Shown here: in pieces, positions 37,470 to 50,290 of the stretch
Numbering within the stretch: position 1 is the first letter of the stretch
Layout of the letters: each line of letters opens with the position of its first letter
Assembly: GCF_009834535.1 (NCBI RefSeq)
Contig: NC_045696.1
Location: 77,006,001-77,070,000, forward strand
Source of the DNA: Camelus ferus
Taxonomy: Eukaryota
Length of the DNA stretch: 64,000 bases
Reading direction: 5' to 3'
The notes under the pieces: generated by a model
The model's input: only the letters and a program-made list of their open reading frames with translations
Told to the model about the DNA's origin: nothing
Database searches by the model: none
Translations under genes and position numbers: made by a program

Positions 37470-37935
37470 GAAGGACAGGGCAGATTTTGAGTGAGATGCT
37501 CAGGTGTCTGGCTTGGGGCACTAGGTGGACTGTGAAATTGCTCTATTTGTAAGGTAGGTGCTAAAGAAGGAGAAGCAGGCGTAGAGACAGGAAAGGGAAT
37601 AAATTTTGGACATTCTCATGAAATATTAGGTAGACCGTCTCATTAGGTAGTTGGAAACAGAGATCTGCTCTCCTGAGGTCTAAACTTGTGGGGCAACAGG
37701 GTAAAGGCTGTATTTGAAGCTCAGGGAGTGGATGAAAGATGAAGGAGATGCTAAAATGAGAAGTAGATGTCAGACACAACCTGAAGGAATGATGACATTG
37801 AAAGAGATGCCAAAATGAGAGGACAAACATGAAAGATTCGGAAGGGCAGAAGCAGGTGTAGCAAGAGAGTTGAGAGTGTGTTGTGCCTCCAAAGCCAGAA
37901 ATGAGGAGGGTTTAATGATAGAACGGTTCATAGTG
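37470..37935 (-). mobile_element. L2 relic
   Basis: GATGCTCAGGTGTCTGGCTTGGG..ACTAGGTGGA...TTTTGGACAT...AGGTAGTTGGA...AAGCCAGAAATGAGGAG. Confidence 0.65.
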
Positions 37936-38069
37936 GATGCTGCAATCATTTCCTAATCATTTTCTGCCTCTGGTCTCTTCCTCCATGCTCCCAGGCCTCA
38001 TCTGCTGTGCAAATTATCTCTCTGAATGCACAAATCTGTTTTCATTCTCAGGTATGTAGTTATTAGACA

Positions 38070-38282
38070 TCTATAGCATTCAAACTTTCAAATACATATG
38101 ATAGAATCACCTAAAAGCCTAATTCATCATCTAAGCCTAGTGGGCTTAATGAAAGGCCGGTCCTAGGTCTCATACCCAGAGTTGTTAATCTAGGATGCCT
38201 GGATCCAAGAATATGCCTTCTGTAAAGGCCCCCAGATGGTACAGATGCAGGTAGTCTATTGACAGTTTATCCAACAGTGGCC
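38070..38282. mobile_element. MER5-like DNA transposon relic
   Basis: TCAAACTTT...AGAATCACCT...CCCAGAG...AAGAATATGCCTTCT...CCCCAGATG. Confidence 0.6.
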
Positions 38283-40942
38283 TACAGGAAGAAGTTCAGG
38301 TTTCCTCGAGAAAGATTCACGGTCTTCTGCCTTCTGGCTCCAATCTCCATTTCCCACCTCACCTGTCTCTTCCATCCTCCACCAGCTCCCTTCCAACATG
38401 GACTCTAAATTCTGGCTTTGCCAGAATCACAACGAGGGGCTGGAAAGTCCTTCTTAGAAAAGGGACCAGCCTATGCAAAGGGGCCAAGGTGAGGCAACAT
38501 GGGATTTGAGAAAATAGAGACTAGCCCGATTTGAACGACTATACTATACCTACAGACATGGTCTGGCAAAGGCATGATGGGGCCAGACTGTGGAGAGCCT
38601 TGAATGTCAGATTAGGGAGATTTATAATTGTTCTGCAGTAAACTGAGATGCGTGGCTCTTTCATGCTTTGTTACGTTTATTCCTCTTTTTCTGTCCTGGA
38701 TCTAAATTTCAGCCCCCTTTTTTTTTCTGAAACTATGCTTTTACTGCTATTTTTTTTTTTTTCTGAGCCTGAATTTCATGAGGAAGCCTGAAATGAAAGT
38801 CCTGAAAAGAAGATTTTGCTTTTCTTAAAGAATGAAAACCTGAGTCCTAGGGAAGCAAATTTTAAATTTCTGGAATGATTAGAGGGTCTTGAATTATCCA
38901 GGCTTAAATTTAATCATAGTCACAAGGCAATTAATCAACTTTCGGTTTTCCTAAGCCTGGTTAAGAGTCAGTTAAGCCACTGTGACTGTGCTCTTAACCT
39001 TTGTGAAAGAAAAAAAGCAAAACATAGCTCCAGTGGCTGGGGTTCTGACTCATCACCATAAAACTGAACACCATGTATTTTTCTCCAAGGGAAGATTTCA
39101 GCCCAGCCAGGTCCAAGAGAACATACGAGCACCTTATGCTGAACACACACTTAGGAAACTGGATGGGTTTTGCCATCTGCTAAGCCTCACATAGCCTCCA
39201 GTTTGAAGTTGAAGTGATGTCAGAAGCTGATTTAAGCAGCTTACATATGTTGCACTGCAGGAAAAACATTGGACGTTCGGGACTCTGAAAAACAATGCTA
39301 AGCGTTTGGGGTCCATAAATGCTTAGTGTTTGTGACAAATATGCCCAATAGCCATAGGGCAATGCTTTTTTCCCATTAGATTTAAGTGGTTTTCTCCCCT
39401 GCTCAGTAACAGAATTTTCACATTATCTTGTGTATTTGCTGGAACCATGAGAATCATTCATTGTAGCAGGTGAGGTTATTTTAATTAATTACAACCTTCT
39501 TTTGTTGCTTAAAGTTTGACAGAAAATGCCAGTACTGTGCTATACTTTAGAAAATTATTCTATGGATTTGCCATTACTGATGATGCTTTGGGAAACTCTA
39601 GGTGCTTAATAAATGAATAAATGTATAGTTAACTGACCTTTAAAATTCTTTAAGTATTCCATATGCACACTGAGCATTGGGCAGGGCACTCATCCTGTCC
39701 TCCAAGGCCTTCTGTGATGACTGTATCCACCTTCCTAGTCTTATTTTCCCTCCCTTCTTAAAATTTTCTATCCAACGAATCTGTACAATTTCAAGTCTTC
39801 AAACATGGGTTAAAAAAAATCTCTAACTGCATCTAATAACACAGTTTCTTTTCTCTAGATATTCCTTCCCTTCCTTCTGCTTTTCCCCAATCATCTCTCC
39901 CTGTTGATAACTTACTTATTACCTAGGACCAGTTCAAGTTCCCCTTTTCCATGGAATCTTTTAAGATCACTGACAATAATTTTCTTATAGCACATAGCAT
40001 GGTCTACCTTGTTTCATAGTTATAATATGAATTTACTCAAGATCTGCTTTTAATGGGCCATCCTCCTTTTTAATCATATAAAAATTCATGTCTCCATCAT
40101 GTCCATGTCAGATGTATGTCTTGGGAAATTCTGAGAATTTCCAAGGCTTGAGTATCAGCAATTGCAATAAGGAATTTATCCATTCTTTTGCAGCTTTTAA
40201 ATAATGAATGATTTCCCATTTAAACTCAAATTCTGTAATTCCTTTAGAAAAGTCTGTAGGTCTGTACACTTTTGTATGCAATGGTAATTCTTGGACAAAC
40301 TTAGAGAGACATGACCTCGCTAGGTTCCACCAGCCCCTCATAGTTTGTTTTCTCACACAGTTCCTCTAGGCATATAGTTGGGATTCCCAGACTGACACGT
40401 TTCCCACATCCATCCTTCTTGTTCCTAGACAACTTTTACTCCAAATTTCTACGGATTTCTCTTCAGGTAAACCTTTTGCCACGTCATAATTGCTACTCCG
40501 TTCTTCTGAAGATATTTATCCATCCCTCTCATCCTCCATGCCAACATAGATCCCTCCTACAATTCCTCAAAATGCAGCTAACATTAGGCTGCAGTGTTTT
40601 GACAAAACTTTCCTGTAGCATCTAGTAGGAAACTTGAAAACCAGATATTTGACATAGCAGTTTGTGGAGTCTATTTTCCACTCCCCTTACCAGCATTTTG
40701 CCTAGGCTTGCCAACAGGCTCCTCTACTGGGGAACTTTTTCTCTTCCTTGTCCTGTATCCAATCCCACACCAAGGTAGCAAAAATAGTTGACAAAGGAAT
40801 CATGATAGAATTGCACATTTTCCCCAAAGAAGTTAGGTTTTACATTATAAAATGTAATGCATTAACATTTCTTCCTCAATTGAGGGATTGCCCAAGAACA
40901 ACAGGTAAATACTTGTGCTACTAGTGGTTGAAACTATTCATC

Positions 40943-41445
40943 TATGGTATATTTATACAATGGACTATTACTCAGCCATTAAAAAGAAGAAAATAATGCC
41001 ATTTGCAGCAACATGGATGGACCTGGAGATCATTGTTCTAAGTGAAGTAAGCCAGAAAGAGAAAGAAAAATGATATCATTCATATGTGGAATCTAAAAAC
41101 AAAAAAAGAAAAAAGGAGACACTGATGACTTATCTACAATACAGAAGCAGACTTTTAGACATAGTGAAAAAAAAAAAACTTACGGTTACGGTGGGGGAAG
41201 AGAATGGGAAGGGATAGATTGGGAGTTCGAGATTTGCAAAAATATTAACTAGTATATATAAAGTAGATAAATGACAAATTTCTTCTGTGTAGCACAGGGA
41301 AGTATATGCAATATTTTGGAGTAATCTGTAATGAAAAAGAATGTGAAAATGAATATATGTATATATCTGTATGAGAGAAACATTATGCTGTACACCAGAA
41401 ATTGACACATTGTAAACTGACTATACATCAATAAAAACAAATAAA
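40943..41445 (+). mobile_element. 5'-truncated L1 3' end with 12-bp TSD
   Basis: CAATGGACTATTACTCAGCCAT...GCAGCAACATGGATGGACCTGGAG...GCTGTACACCAGAAATTGACAC. TSD AAACTATTCATC at 40931-40942 and 41446-41457. Confidence 0.92.
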
Positions 41446-42279
41446 AAACTATTCATCAAAGTGGTAAACAAAGATCTAAGACAAGGCTCCCCAAGGTCAA
41501 ATTTTAGATGCCACTTTTGAAATGTAGCAATTTCTTAGAACAAGTGGTATAAAGGTAGGTTTACCGCAACAAGTGAGGCTGAATATTTTATCACTGGATT
41601 GTTTAGAAGTGCCTGTGCATGGTAATAACAAAAAAAGGTCTGACTTTCTTTAAAATTGATTTTATTACTGTTTTAAAATTCTCTATAGACAACACACCCT
41701 CTCACTGATGGCACAGAGGGAGGAGAAGGGATAGCGAGAGGAGCTGGTTCCGTTACCTTCCCCTCCTCTGCCACTGCTTGAAACTCCCCAAGTGGCAACT
41801 CTCCTTGACTTAATAACTCTAAGAACCAGATTCCCATTAGCAGAAATAGTGGAGAAAGTGTTGGCAGCACTTTTGGGGTGAAAAGGAATGACTAAATATT
41901 TGTTTACATAATTTCCTGATTTCTCGGAATATTTGTTTTGTTCCTTCTAGACACAAATTCTTATTCAGCTGGATTTCTATACAATGTTGCATCTAGAAAG
42001 CACCTGGCCAAAATGCATGCTCACAGTGTATTTGTGTTCTTGAGTTGAATATATATCTTCTTTGTTTAAAGTTTTGCCTTGTCAAGAATCATGGAGTTTT
42101 TTTCTCAAAACCTCTTGGGCAATCATCCCCTGAACATTTAGTGCACCATTTTCTGTTAAGAAAGTGTGAAGTAGAAGAAGCTGGAGTAGAGGTTGTGAGT
42201 CAGAACACTGTGAGTCAAGCTATCTTTCCTGCCCAGGACCACGGAAAGCAAAGGCTTTATATCAAAAATAACAAGGAAA

Positions 42280-42460
42280 GGAAAGTTTTGGAAATGGGCC
42301 ACTTGGGTTTGACTGTCTCTACCATCACTAGCTGTGAAACTGAGCAGGTTATTTATGTCACTATGTCCTGATTTTCTTACTTGCAAGTTGGAGAGCAGAA
42401 CACTCTGGTTTTCATTAGAATAATTGTGCAGATTAAATAAAATCAAGTAAAGCACCCAGC
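42280..42460 (+). mobile_element. MIR relic
   Basis: CTTGGGTTTGA...CACTAGCTGTGAAACTGAGCAGGTTATTT...GATTAAAT...GTAAAGCACCCAGCA. Confidence 0.65.
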
Positions 42461-42679
42461 AGGATGTGGGGACCAGGAACATTTGTGCCCTGCTTGTGGG
42501 TGTCGAGTCTGGTACAAACCAGCATGGGGGGCAAACTGGCAGCACTTAATCAGATTAAGTATTAAACACACACACATGATTACCTGGTGATTGTTCTCCT
42601 AATAGATCCCAGGGAAATGTTCACATAGCACTGTGAGAGGACAAGTCAGGTTTCCCCAGTTGTCAAGTAAGGATGGAAA

Positions 42680-42870
42680 CTAACATTTACAGAGTTCCTA
42701 CCCTGTGCCAGGGACTCCACCTAGGTTGTCTCATTTAGGCCTCAGGACATCCTTATAAGATATTATTTTATCTGTTTAATAATTAAGGGAAATGATTCTC
42801 TGTGAGGTTTCATAACCTGCCCAAGGACACTCAGCTAATAGGCAAAGCTGGGATTCAAACTCAGGTGTAT
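42680..42870 (-). mobile_element. MIR relic
   Basis: TAACATTTACAGAG..CCTACCCTGTGCCAGG...TAACCTGCCCAAGGACAC.CAGCTA...CTGGGATTCAAACTCAGG. Confidence 0.75.
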
Positions 42871-45216
42871 TATTTACTCCATTCTAATATGTCATGCAGG
42901 GTCTGAAAAGGGTAATTATCTCTCTTACCCTCACCAATGGCTGTGCGGATGAGTTCACGTATTATGTCACATGCTTTTCCAAATTTGTCTTCCTGTCATC
43001 TTCTCTCTCCCTGTTTTTACATATTATCTCTCTTCCATCCCATACTTCACCCCCAATCTTCATAATCTGTGCTTTTTTTCCCCTCTTCATTGAAGATATT
43101 CAAAGCTACTTTGGAGAAGTGTATATATATACACCCACACACACACACATATTAGTAGCAGGTTGAAGAATAAGAAAAATTCACTTATACTAATAGTAAC
43201 AAATTAAAGAGATTGGAACATTAGCTATTATTTAAAATGAAACAACTCAGCCGCCTTTTCAGAGGTCAGCTGGGTCAAACTATTCATTTCCTTCTTTTTT
43301 TTTTAAGTTGATTCAGCTGAACAGAGCGTTCTGGTTTTTAATGATAGGGCTTTAGGACAAGGTCCAAGTTCATTGATTCCTTTCCTATCCATCCATTTCC
43401 TCACTTACTTTCTTAAAGAATAAACTGTGTCTCTTTAACTTTGAAAATGGAATTTAAATTTTCCCTGATGTGAATAATTTCTACCCTTAGGTAAAGGACA
43501 TTTGCCATACATGTTTTACTAATGGATTGGTCGGTCTGTATTACGAGTTCCCAGGTGACACGAACGTTCCAAACATAAATTTGTCGTTTATGATCTGATG
43601 ATGACTTAGTGCTGCAAGACCCCTGTGGGCTGCTTATACACAAACACACACCCCATCCTTGGGTGTGGCTCTTTGCATAAAGATAAATTACATCTTTCAT
43701 GACTGGCAGGTGGTGCAAGAGAGAACAGAAAGTGGTAGAGCGTGTTTCATTGTGGAAGAACAATGCTTTGGCCAAAAAAAGAGGGGTGGATTAATAACAA
43801 ATGCTCTTCATTTGTATTTGGTGCTGGGCTCTGTGAATTATTTATGTTTCTGGGCAAGGCCTGGGAAGTATTTCAATGAAGCCTAATTTGTCAAGGTTAC
43901 TTATCCTTTACCATATTTTTCCTAACTCTATCTTTCTGGATAGTAGCACACATAAATATTTTCATTGTGTTGTGCATTTATTTGCAATATTGATGGCACT
44001 GTAAAATGTGGGGTATTAGCACCTCTTTAACCAATGTCAGGCCAAGAATTAAGATCGGAAACACCAGTGTCTTCCTCTTAGAAATATGGAGGTTAACTTT
44101 GATTATTATTCAGCTTTTGTGGCTGATGAGCCAGCTATAAGTCATACTGTGGAAAATTTATTGTCTAGAAATCATGCGACTGAATATTTTATCTTACTGG
44201 AAACATGCTATAAAGGGGCTGCATCTTTAATCAAATACATGATGGTGTTGCAATCTCTTGGTTGTTCTGTCATATTAAAAAGTTGAGGTTAAGCAGAACT
44301 AAAGGCATAGCTTCTGGGGAGAACAGGGATTGTGGATGTGTATGTAGATGTTATTTCTCTAAGAAGCTGTTTTCCTTCACATTTTATTTTAAATCTCTAC
44401 GACAGTTAGAAAGGAGAACTTTGGCTCATTGTAATGTTCAGATCCCAGGGACACCAGGTGGAGAAGCATGAGGGACACCACAGTCAGGGAGGAAATATAG
44501 AGGAGAATTAGATAATGGTTGCTCAAGTTTTTGCAGTTTCTTTCTCTGATGTAGGTTCCAAATCTCACAGAAAATCTGAGGACATTTCCTGTTCATAGGA
44601 AAACAATTACTCTAAAGGCAAAGATGAGATGCCCGGTGTGTATGTGGAGTTGCCCTGAGTAACGCACTTTGTTCTAAAAGCCTGGTTGCGGGTGGCCCCA
44701 TGCCCCTCCGCTCTGCCACCCCCAGGGGTGCTTGTGGGCTTTGTTGTGGTTGGGTTGAGCTTGGTTTGGGTGAGACACTGGAAAGAGGAAATGATTGTTC
44801 ATTGTTGCCTCTGGCTTTCAGTTCAAGCCTCTCCTGACTGTTGGACATGATCTACCCTGATGCTTTCATTGCTTTGCAGTGACTAAAAAAACCTAAGAAA
44901 GGGATCCTGAAGGAGGTTTCAGGAAAACAGCCAGATCTGGAAAGACTCTTGCTGTGAAAAGATGTGTGGGAATATTGAAAACACTACTGAAATATTATCA
45001 AACCAGCATCAAGCTTGTCTTAACCTTGTTTAGCTACTGCTCTTTGATAACTTTCCCCTCTATAGCCTGATTCCCCTTTAAAAAATGTTTCTCCCTGGAC
45101 CCTTCATAAGCTGGAGGAGAAGCTGGAGGAGTCTATTTGCTTATTGCACAAGATTTAAAACCTCTTTACTGAGCCTTACAGTTGCTAGATCATTCTGAAT
45201 AATTGATATGTAAACC

Positions 45217-45392
45217 AGTGCTGTTCAACAGAACATTTTTGATGATGGAAATATTCTGTGTCGTGCTGCCTAACATAGCCTCATGTAGCAATTAGGCACT
45301 TGAAATGTGGTTAGTGTGCCTGTGAAACTAAGTCTTTATTTAAATTTAAATAGGCACAGAAGACTGTTGGCTACCATGTTCAAACAGCATAG
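45217..45392. mobile_element. MER3-like DNA transposon relic
   Basis: CAGTGCTGTTCAACAGAAC...GATGATGGAAATATTCT...GCACTTGAAATGTGGTTAGTG...GGCTACCATGTTCAAACAGCA. Confidence 0.8.
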
Positions 45393-46251
45393 CTATATAC
45401 ATATATTCGGGATACTTGCTGACTCTTGCTTTTTGAGCAAATTCAACGATAGTCATTTACAGATATTTTTCCAAGATAACATTTCTTATTGCGTAAAAAT
45501 TAAATACACTCATTTTTCTGTATTTGTGTTTGTCAGTGTTGGGAAAAGTGGGTAGTGGAAGCAGAGATGGAGACGAAGGTATATCTATGTTTGTAAAAAT
45601 TATAATTAAGAAAATCCTACCTGGCAAGCTCTTTTGTAGGAAATACATTTTACCAATAAGAATTTGGGGATTTATTGTAAAGGAAACCAGGAAGTATGCT
45701 GAGAGGAATTACAGCAACACTTTGCTTGTCTAGCGGTTAATGTTCCATTAACTTTATCTGTAAGAAGGGAAGCCAAGAAGTCAGAAATAAAGGAGACCCC
45801 TGAATGGCCTCTGAGAAGTACTGGATGCCCCAAGGTGTCGTTGACAACCTTAATTTTCTATGCTCCCCTTTATGTGCGCGCCTTGCTTAGTCACACGGGA
45901 CTATCACTCTTCTTCCAAACGGTGGAGTGTTTCATCCTGCCCTTTCACTGGATTGTCCTTCTAGGCCCCTCTCTCTGCCTGCCGAAATCCTATCTACCCT
46001 TGAATGCCCAGTCCAGGCTCTTTGTACCCCGGCCCTTGGGCTTCTGCTTCTTAGTGCTATTCCTGGGATTTCTTTCCCTGAAGCCAACAACCTAATGAAA
46101 CCTGAACAGACCCAAGAGGGAGGAGGCCAGCCAGGTTTAAAGTCCCCTTAGGGCTGCCTGCTGCTCCAAAACTGCTTTCCAGTTTGAAGCATTATTGCCT
46201 CTGACAGACGGGGGTGATAGAGGGTGACTCACTTGGAGACACAAGAAGGGT

Positions 46252-46719
46252 TGTAACAGAGCAGGATCCTGTGGAGCCTTCTTGGTACAGACCCCTCCTC
46301 CATATCCTCTGCTGTAGCTCCTCTCTGAGGAACCCAGATAATAATAGTATCTCATGCATATTTCCTGAGTTTTTCAGATGCTAAAACACCACCAAATAGA
46401 AGAAATTAACTACTTGATGATCATGGCCCCCAGACCTTCTGGCTTCGAGGGACGGGTAGTGTTGACTGTCCTGTTACCTCAGCATCAGCCAATCAGAACT
46501 GTGCATGAGCTGATCACATACCCTGCAATCCCCCCTCCCTTACCTGGTCTTTAAAAATGATTTACTGAAACCGTTCAAGGAATCAGAGTTTTCTCAGGCA
46601 TGTGGCACCCCATTCTACTTGCTCGGCCCTGCAGTAAACCTTTCTCTGCTCCAAACATGGACGTTTCAGTTTGTTTAGCCTCACTGTGCGTCGACCACAC
46701 AAACTTGCCTTTGGTAACG
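46252..46719 (+). mobile_element. Solo ERV1-like LTR (about 470 bp)
   Basis: Starts TGTAACAG and ends GGTAAC(G). It contains CCAAT (AGCCAATCAG), TTTAAAA and AGTAAA in U3-R-U5 order. Confidence 0.75.
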
Positions 46720-47199
46720 AGATCAGGCTTCCCAGCGTCTGTCCCCTGCTCTTCTCAACCCTCTCCACTCCCATTTCTAGTATTTACAGGCCCCTGCCTT
46801 TCGGGTGTGAGATCTGTCTTCTTCCCTCATTCATAAAAAGTATATGATTATCTGATGGCAAGCATTTCTCTTAACAAACTTAGATTCTTCCTCCAGTTAT
46901 TCTGTCTTGCTTTCAGTGGCTTTTTCCCCCCTCTTCTTAACACCATATTTCAGTTTATAAAAGTTAGCCAACATTCTCCAGTTTCCTTAAATTTGGGTCT
47001 CTTGTCCTTAGTTGCTCTGGATTTTGTAAGCATGTAGTCTGCACTCAAAAGACAATCAGTGATGGCTTAACCAACTGCTCTGCTGCTCGGGAACCAGGGC
47101 TGCCATCTGCTCAGCTCCGGATCCTGGAATCTCCCTGTTCTCCCATTTCACCAGCCTTGGTCGGATCTGCCACTTGCAACAGCTCATGCCTCAGAGTGT

Positions 47200-47630
47200 G
47201 TGTACGAGTTAGGATTGTTTGGGTTTCAAGCGCAGCATCTCAAAGGGACTCGCTTAGGCAAAAGATGGGCTTTACTCAAAATACAGGGGACCATTTCATA
47301 GAACAAGAGTGCTGCGGGAAGCATCTCAAAGCAGTTAGGCCACATAAACACATGGATCCCTGACTTTAACTCCCTTCAGTTGTCTCTCTGCTGCTTGTCT
47401 TTGCTTTTCCCTGTTTGTTCGTATCATTCTACATTCCTACTCTACATGTAGTTGTCATTGCAGGAAATATGACCGACAACCAACAACTACTAGGTCACAA
47501 ATCCAAATACCCTGGGAAAGTCTCTATTGGTCCAGTTTGGATCATGCAGCTGCAGTCAGGATGGCAGGATCATGTCTAATAATATTCTGTCTTCACAGTT
47601 ACTACAGGCCTGTAGGGAGGGGCAGGGACA
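47200..47630 (-). mobile_element. Old MLT1-type LTR relic
   Basis: GAGTTAGGATTGTTTGGGTTTCAAG...GCTTAGGCAAAA...TCTATTGGTCCAGTTTGGATCATG. Confidence 0.55.
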
Positions 47631-49035
47631 CACTTCCCAGGGTACTTAGGTTTCTATGTGGACTAAATGATCATCTTTTTTAGTTCAATTTTTTTTTCTC
47701 TTTTTCCCAGCTCCAGTGACTTTCAAGCCCAGCTTAGATGCCATCATAACCACAACATTGTGGCCCTTTGATAAAACTTGCTAGAAGTGTGGGACAGGCA
47801 TAGTTTGATTTCAGTTAAATTCCTGGACAAATATTTATGCTCCTTACTACTCTGACTTTGGCCTCATTTTCCTCACAGTAAGAATGAAGAGGTGAACGGT
47901 AAATTGGGACTAGTCCATAGAACTTTTAAATTCACCTAGCAAAGGAGAGTTTATATAATTTTTGAGCAATTTTTTACGTGGTATTTTAGGAATTTGTAAT
48001 CTGGCAACTGGTGTGAATCAGGAATCTAATAGCCAAATTCAGTGGCTGTAGAGATGATCAGGGCAACATTTAGCACAGGAAGATCTAATCAGATAAGAAA
48101 GGAGCCCTGAGGGGACAAAGGAAGTCATCTGATCTTGACAGTCCCCCTGGCGGTTAGACGGTTGCCTCCGTAGCTCTCGCACCCTCTTCCTCCTTTCACG
48201 CATTACACTTAATTTCTGCTTTTTGTTCCCTAAATCAGCCATTTTCTACTTTTGCCTTCGGAGCTTTTGGACATCCTTTCCTTTTTATTTCGTCACTCCA
48301 GCTTGTTTTTCAAATCCTGGTTAAACTAGGATTTTTAGAGAGAAGATAAAATGAATGAGACAAAACAGAAAATTATGAGCAGAAAAAAATGGAAATATCT
48401 CAACAGAAGTTTACTGGAAAACTATAACAGAAGAAATAAATTCAATCCAATAAGTATTTTTTTCAGTATCTACTATTCTCAAGATTATTTTAATCAAAAG
48501 GGCTACAGAATTTCTGGATTTGGAAACTGAAATCAAGTCAGGGTACAGATTAAGGAATCAAGGTAGTATTTCCTGCTTTGTTTAGTTGATAATATATCTG
48601 AAATGCATGGTGCCTGTTGGGCAGTGAGCAGAATAATAAAATACTGCTGCACTAAATTTATAGGAAATAAATATAAAATGTTGTGCTTCATCAGATACCA
48701 TCTTTTGCTATATTTTAACATAGATAATCTCTAAGATTGTAAGATTTAAAATAATTGTAGAAGAAAAACTTTAAATCAAGAACCTTCCATTCCATTAGCT
48801 TAATATTGTTCTCTGAATTAAGAGAAGAAATTGAATATTTGATTTTGGTCACAGCACATTTTGATGGAGCTCAGTGAGAGCATGATTTGAGAATCAGTGA
48901 ATTAGGGGTCAGACTTCAAGTATGCTCTCCCAGGGGCAGTGAGATAAACTTCACTGAAATATGTATTCTTTGTGCCCTACCTTCTGCCTCTAGCTACATG
49001 GAGTTAAGGGAAAAATAGCCTAGCACTACACACAA

Positions 49036-49159
49036 AGTAGGTTCTCAACTCTGGCTATATATTAGAATCACTTAGGGAGTTTTACAACAAATGTAGAGGA
49101 CACAGCCCTTCCTAGACCAACTCAATTAGAATCTCTAGGGTGACACATGGGCATGGCTG

Positions 49160-49197
<38 letters not shown>

Positions 49198-49382
49198 TTG
49201 AGGGAGATAATTAGTTTTATTTATTTATTCTTTGGGGGGAGGTACTGGGGATTGAATGCAGGACCTCATGCATGCTAGGCATGCACTCTACCTCTTGAGC
49301 TACACCCTCTCCCCTTGGGCGTGGCTGTCTTAGAAATGCTTCCTAGTTGATCCTAATGTGTGGCTAGTGTTGAAAATCACTG
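49036..49382. mobile_element. MER5-like relic split by a SINE insertion
   Basis: GTTCTCAACTCTGGCT..ATATTAGAATCAC...TTAGAATCTCTAGGG [SINE] CCTAGTTGATCCTAATGTGTGGCTAG.GTTGAAAATCACTG. Confidence 0.75.
49164..49315 (-). mobile_element. tRNA-derived SINE (Vic-1-like) with long A tail and 16-bp TSD
   Basis: Head and B box as in the other copies, with a T run of about 34 nt. TSD TGGGC(A/G)TGGCTGTCTT at 49148-49163 and 49316-49331. Confidence 0.93.
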
Positions 49383-50169
49383 ATGGAAAAGATGAAAAAG
49401 AATCATGAATCTCTTACTCTAGCAATCAAGAGTCTTGAATAATTATTCATACCTTGGGCAGTGCAATGTAAATATCTTCCATCTTAATTTCCTTAGCTGG
49501 AAATGAAGGAATGAAACTAGAAGACCTTATGCATTTTTCTAGCTCTATGAGTCTTTAGATATACTCCTGGAAATTTATACATAAGTAAAATGTTATGTAA
49601 ATAGACTCAATATAGTTTAAAAAAAACCTACAGTGAATCTTTCAGTAATGCAAATAATACATTTATGATGTATATAATGATGTTTTTGTATACAATTTGA
49701 TAGAGATTGCATTCCGAAATTAAATCACTCAATATTTCCCTGCTAGAAATACTTCAAAAACTTAAAAAGATTTCACCCAGCAAACTACACTCTCCCTGAT
49801 TGTTGTCATCATTATCTAGAGATGATTTTTGTTAGTTCTTATAACTTTCCATATAGTCACTATCTATTAATTCCTCATTATTTTTCTTGAGAATGTTGAA
49901 GATGTCATCACATCAGCTTCCTGGGCCATCTGGACAATGTTTTCCTTGTCAAAGGCCAGGAGACTCTTGAAATCATTTACTGGTTCTTTTCATGGGTTTA
50001 ACCAGTAGGTATCAATGGGTTCAGCATGGATTTCATACCATTGCCTGTGGGCATAATTTCAAAGAGTGAAATAGATAGAATTCTTGCTTTACTTGAATTG
50101 TTATTTTTTTCTCATTCTCTTACTTTCTGTATCATAGCCCAGTTCTGATTAAATGCCAGCACACTTTAC

Positions 50170-50290
50170 TGTTCCCATTTTCTAGATGAAGAAATTGAGA
50201 GTCTAAGAGCTTTGTTATTTTCCTAGGTTTCACAGCAAGTATAACAGGAAATTGGTACCAGGACCTTTGCACTCCAGACTCAGTAGCTTT
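50170..50290 (-). mobile_element. MIR relic
   Basis: CCCATTTTCTAGATGAAGAAATTGAG...CCTAGGTTTCACAGCAAGT...ACTCCAGA. Confidence 0.65.

Noticed and set aside
43596..43700. TGATGA as a C/D snoRNA C box
   Set aside because: No suitably placed CTGA D box or terminal stem.
44120..44165. CTGATGAG...GAAA as a second hammerhead
   Set aside because: Stem II does not close onto GAAA, and stems I and III cannot be formed.
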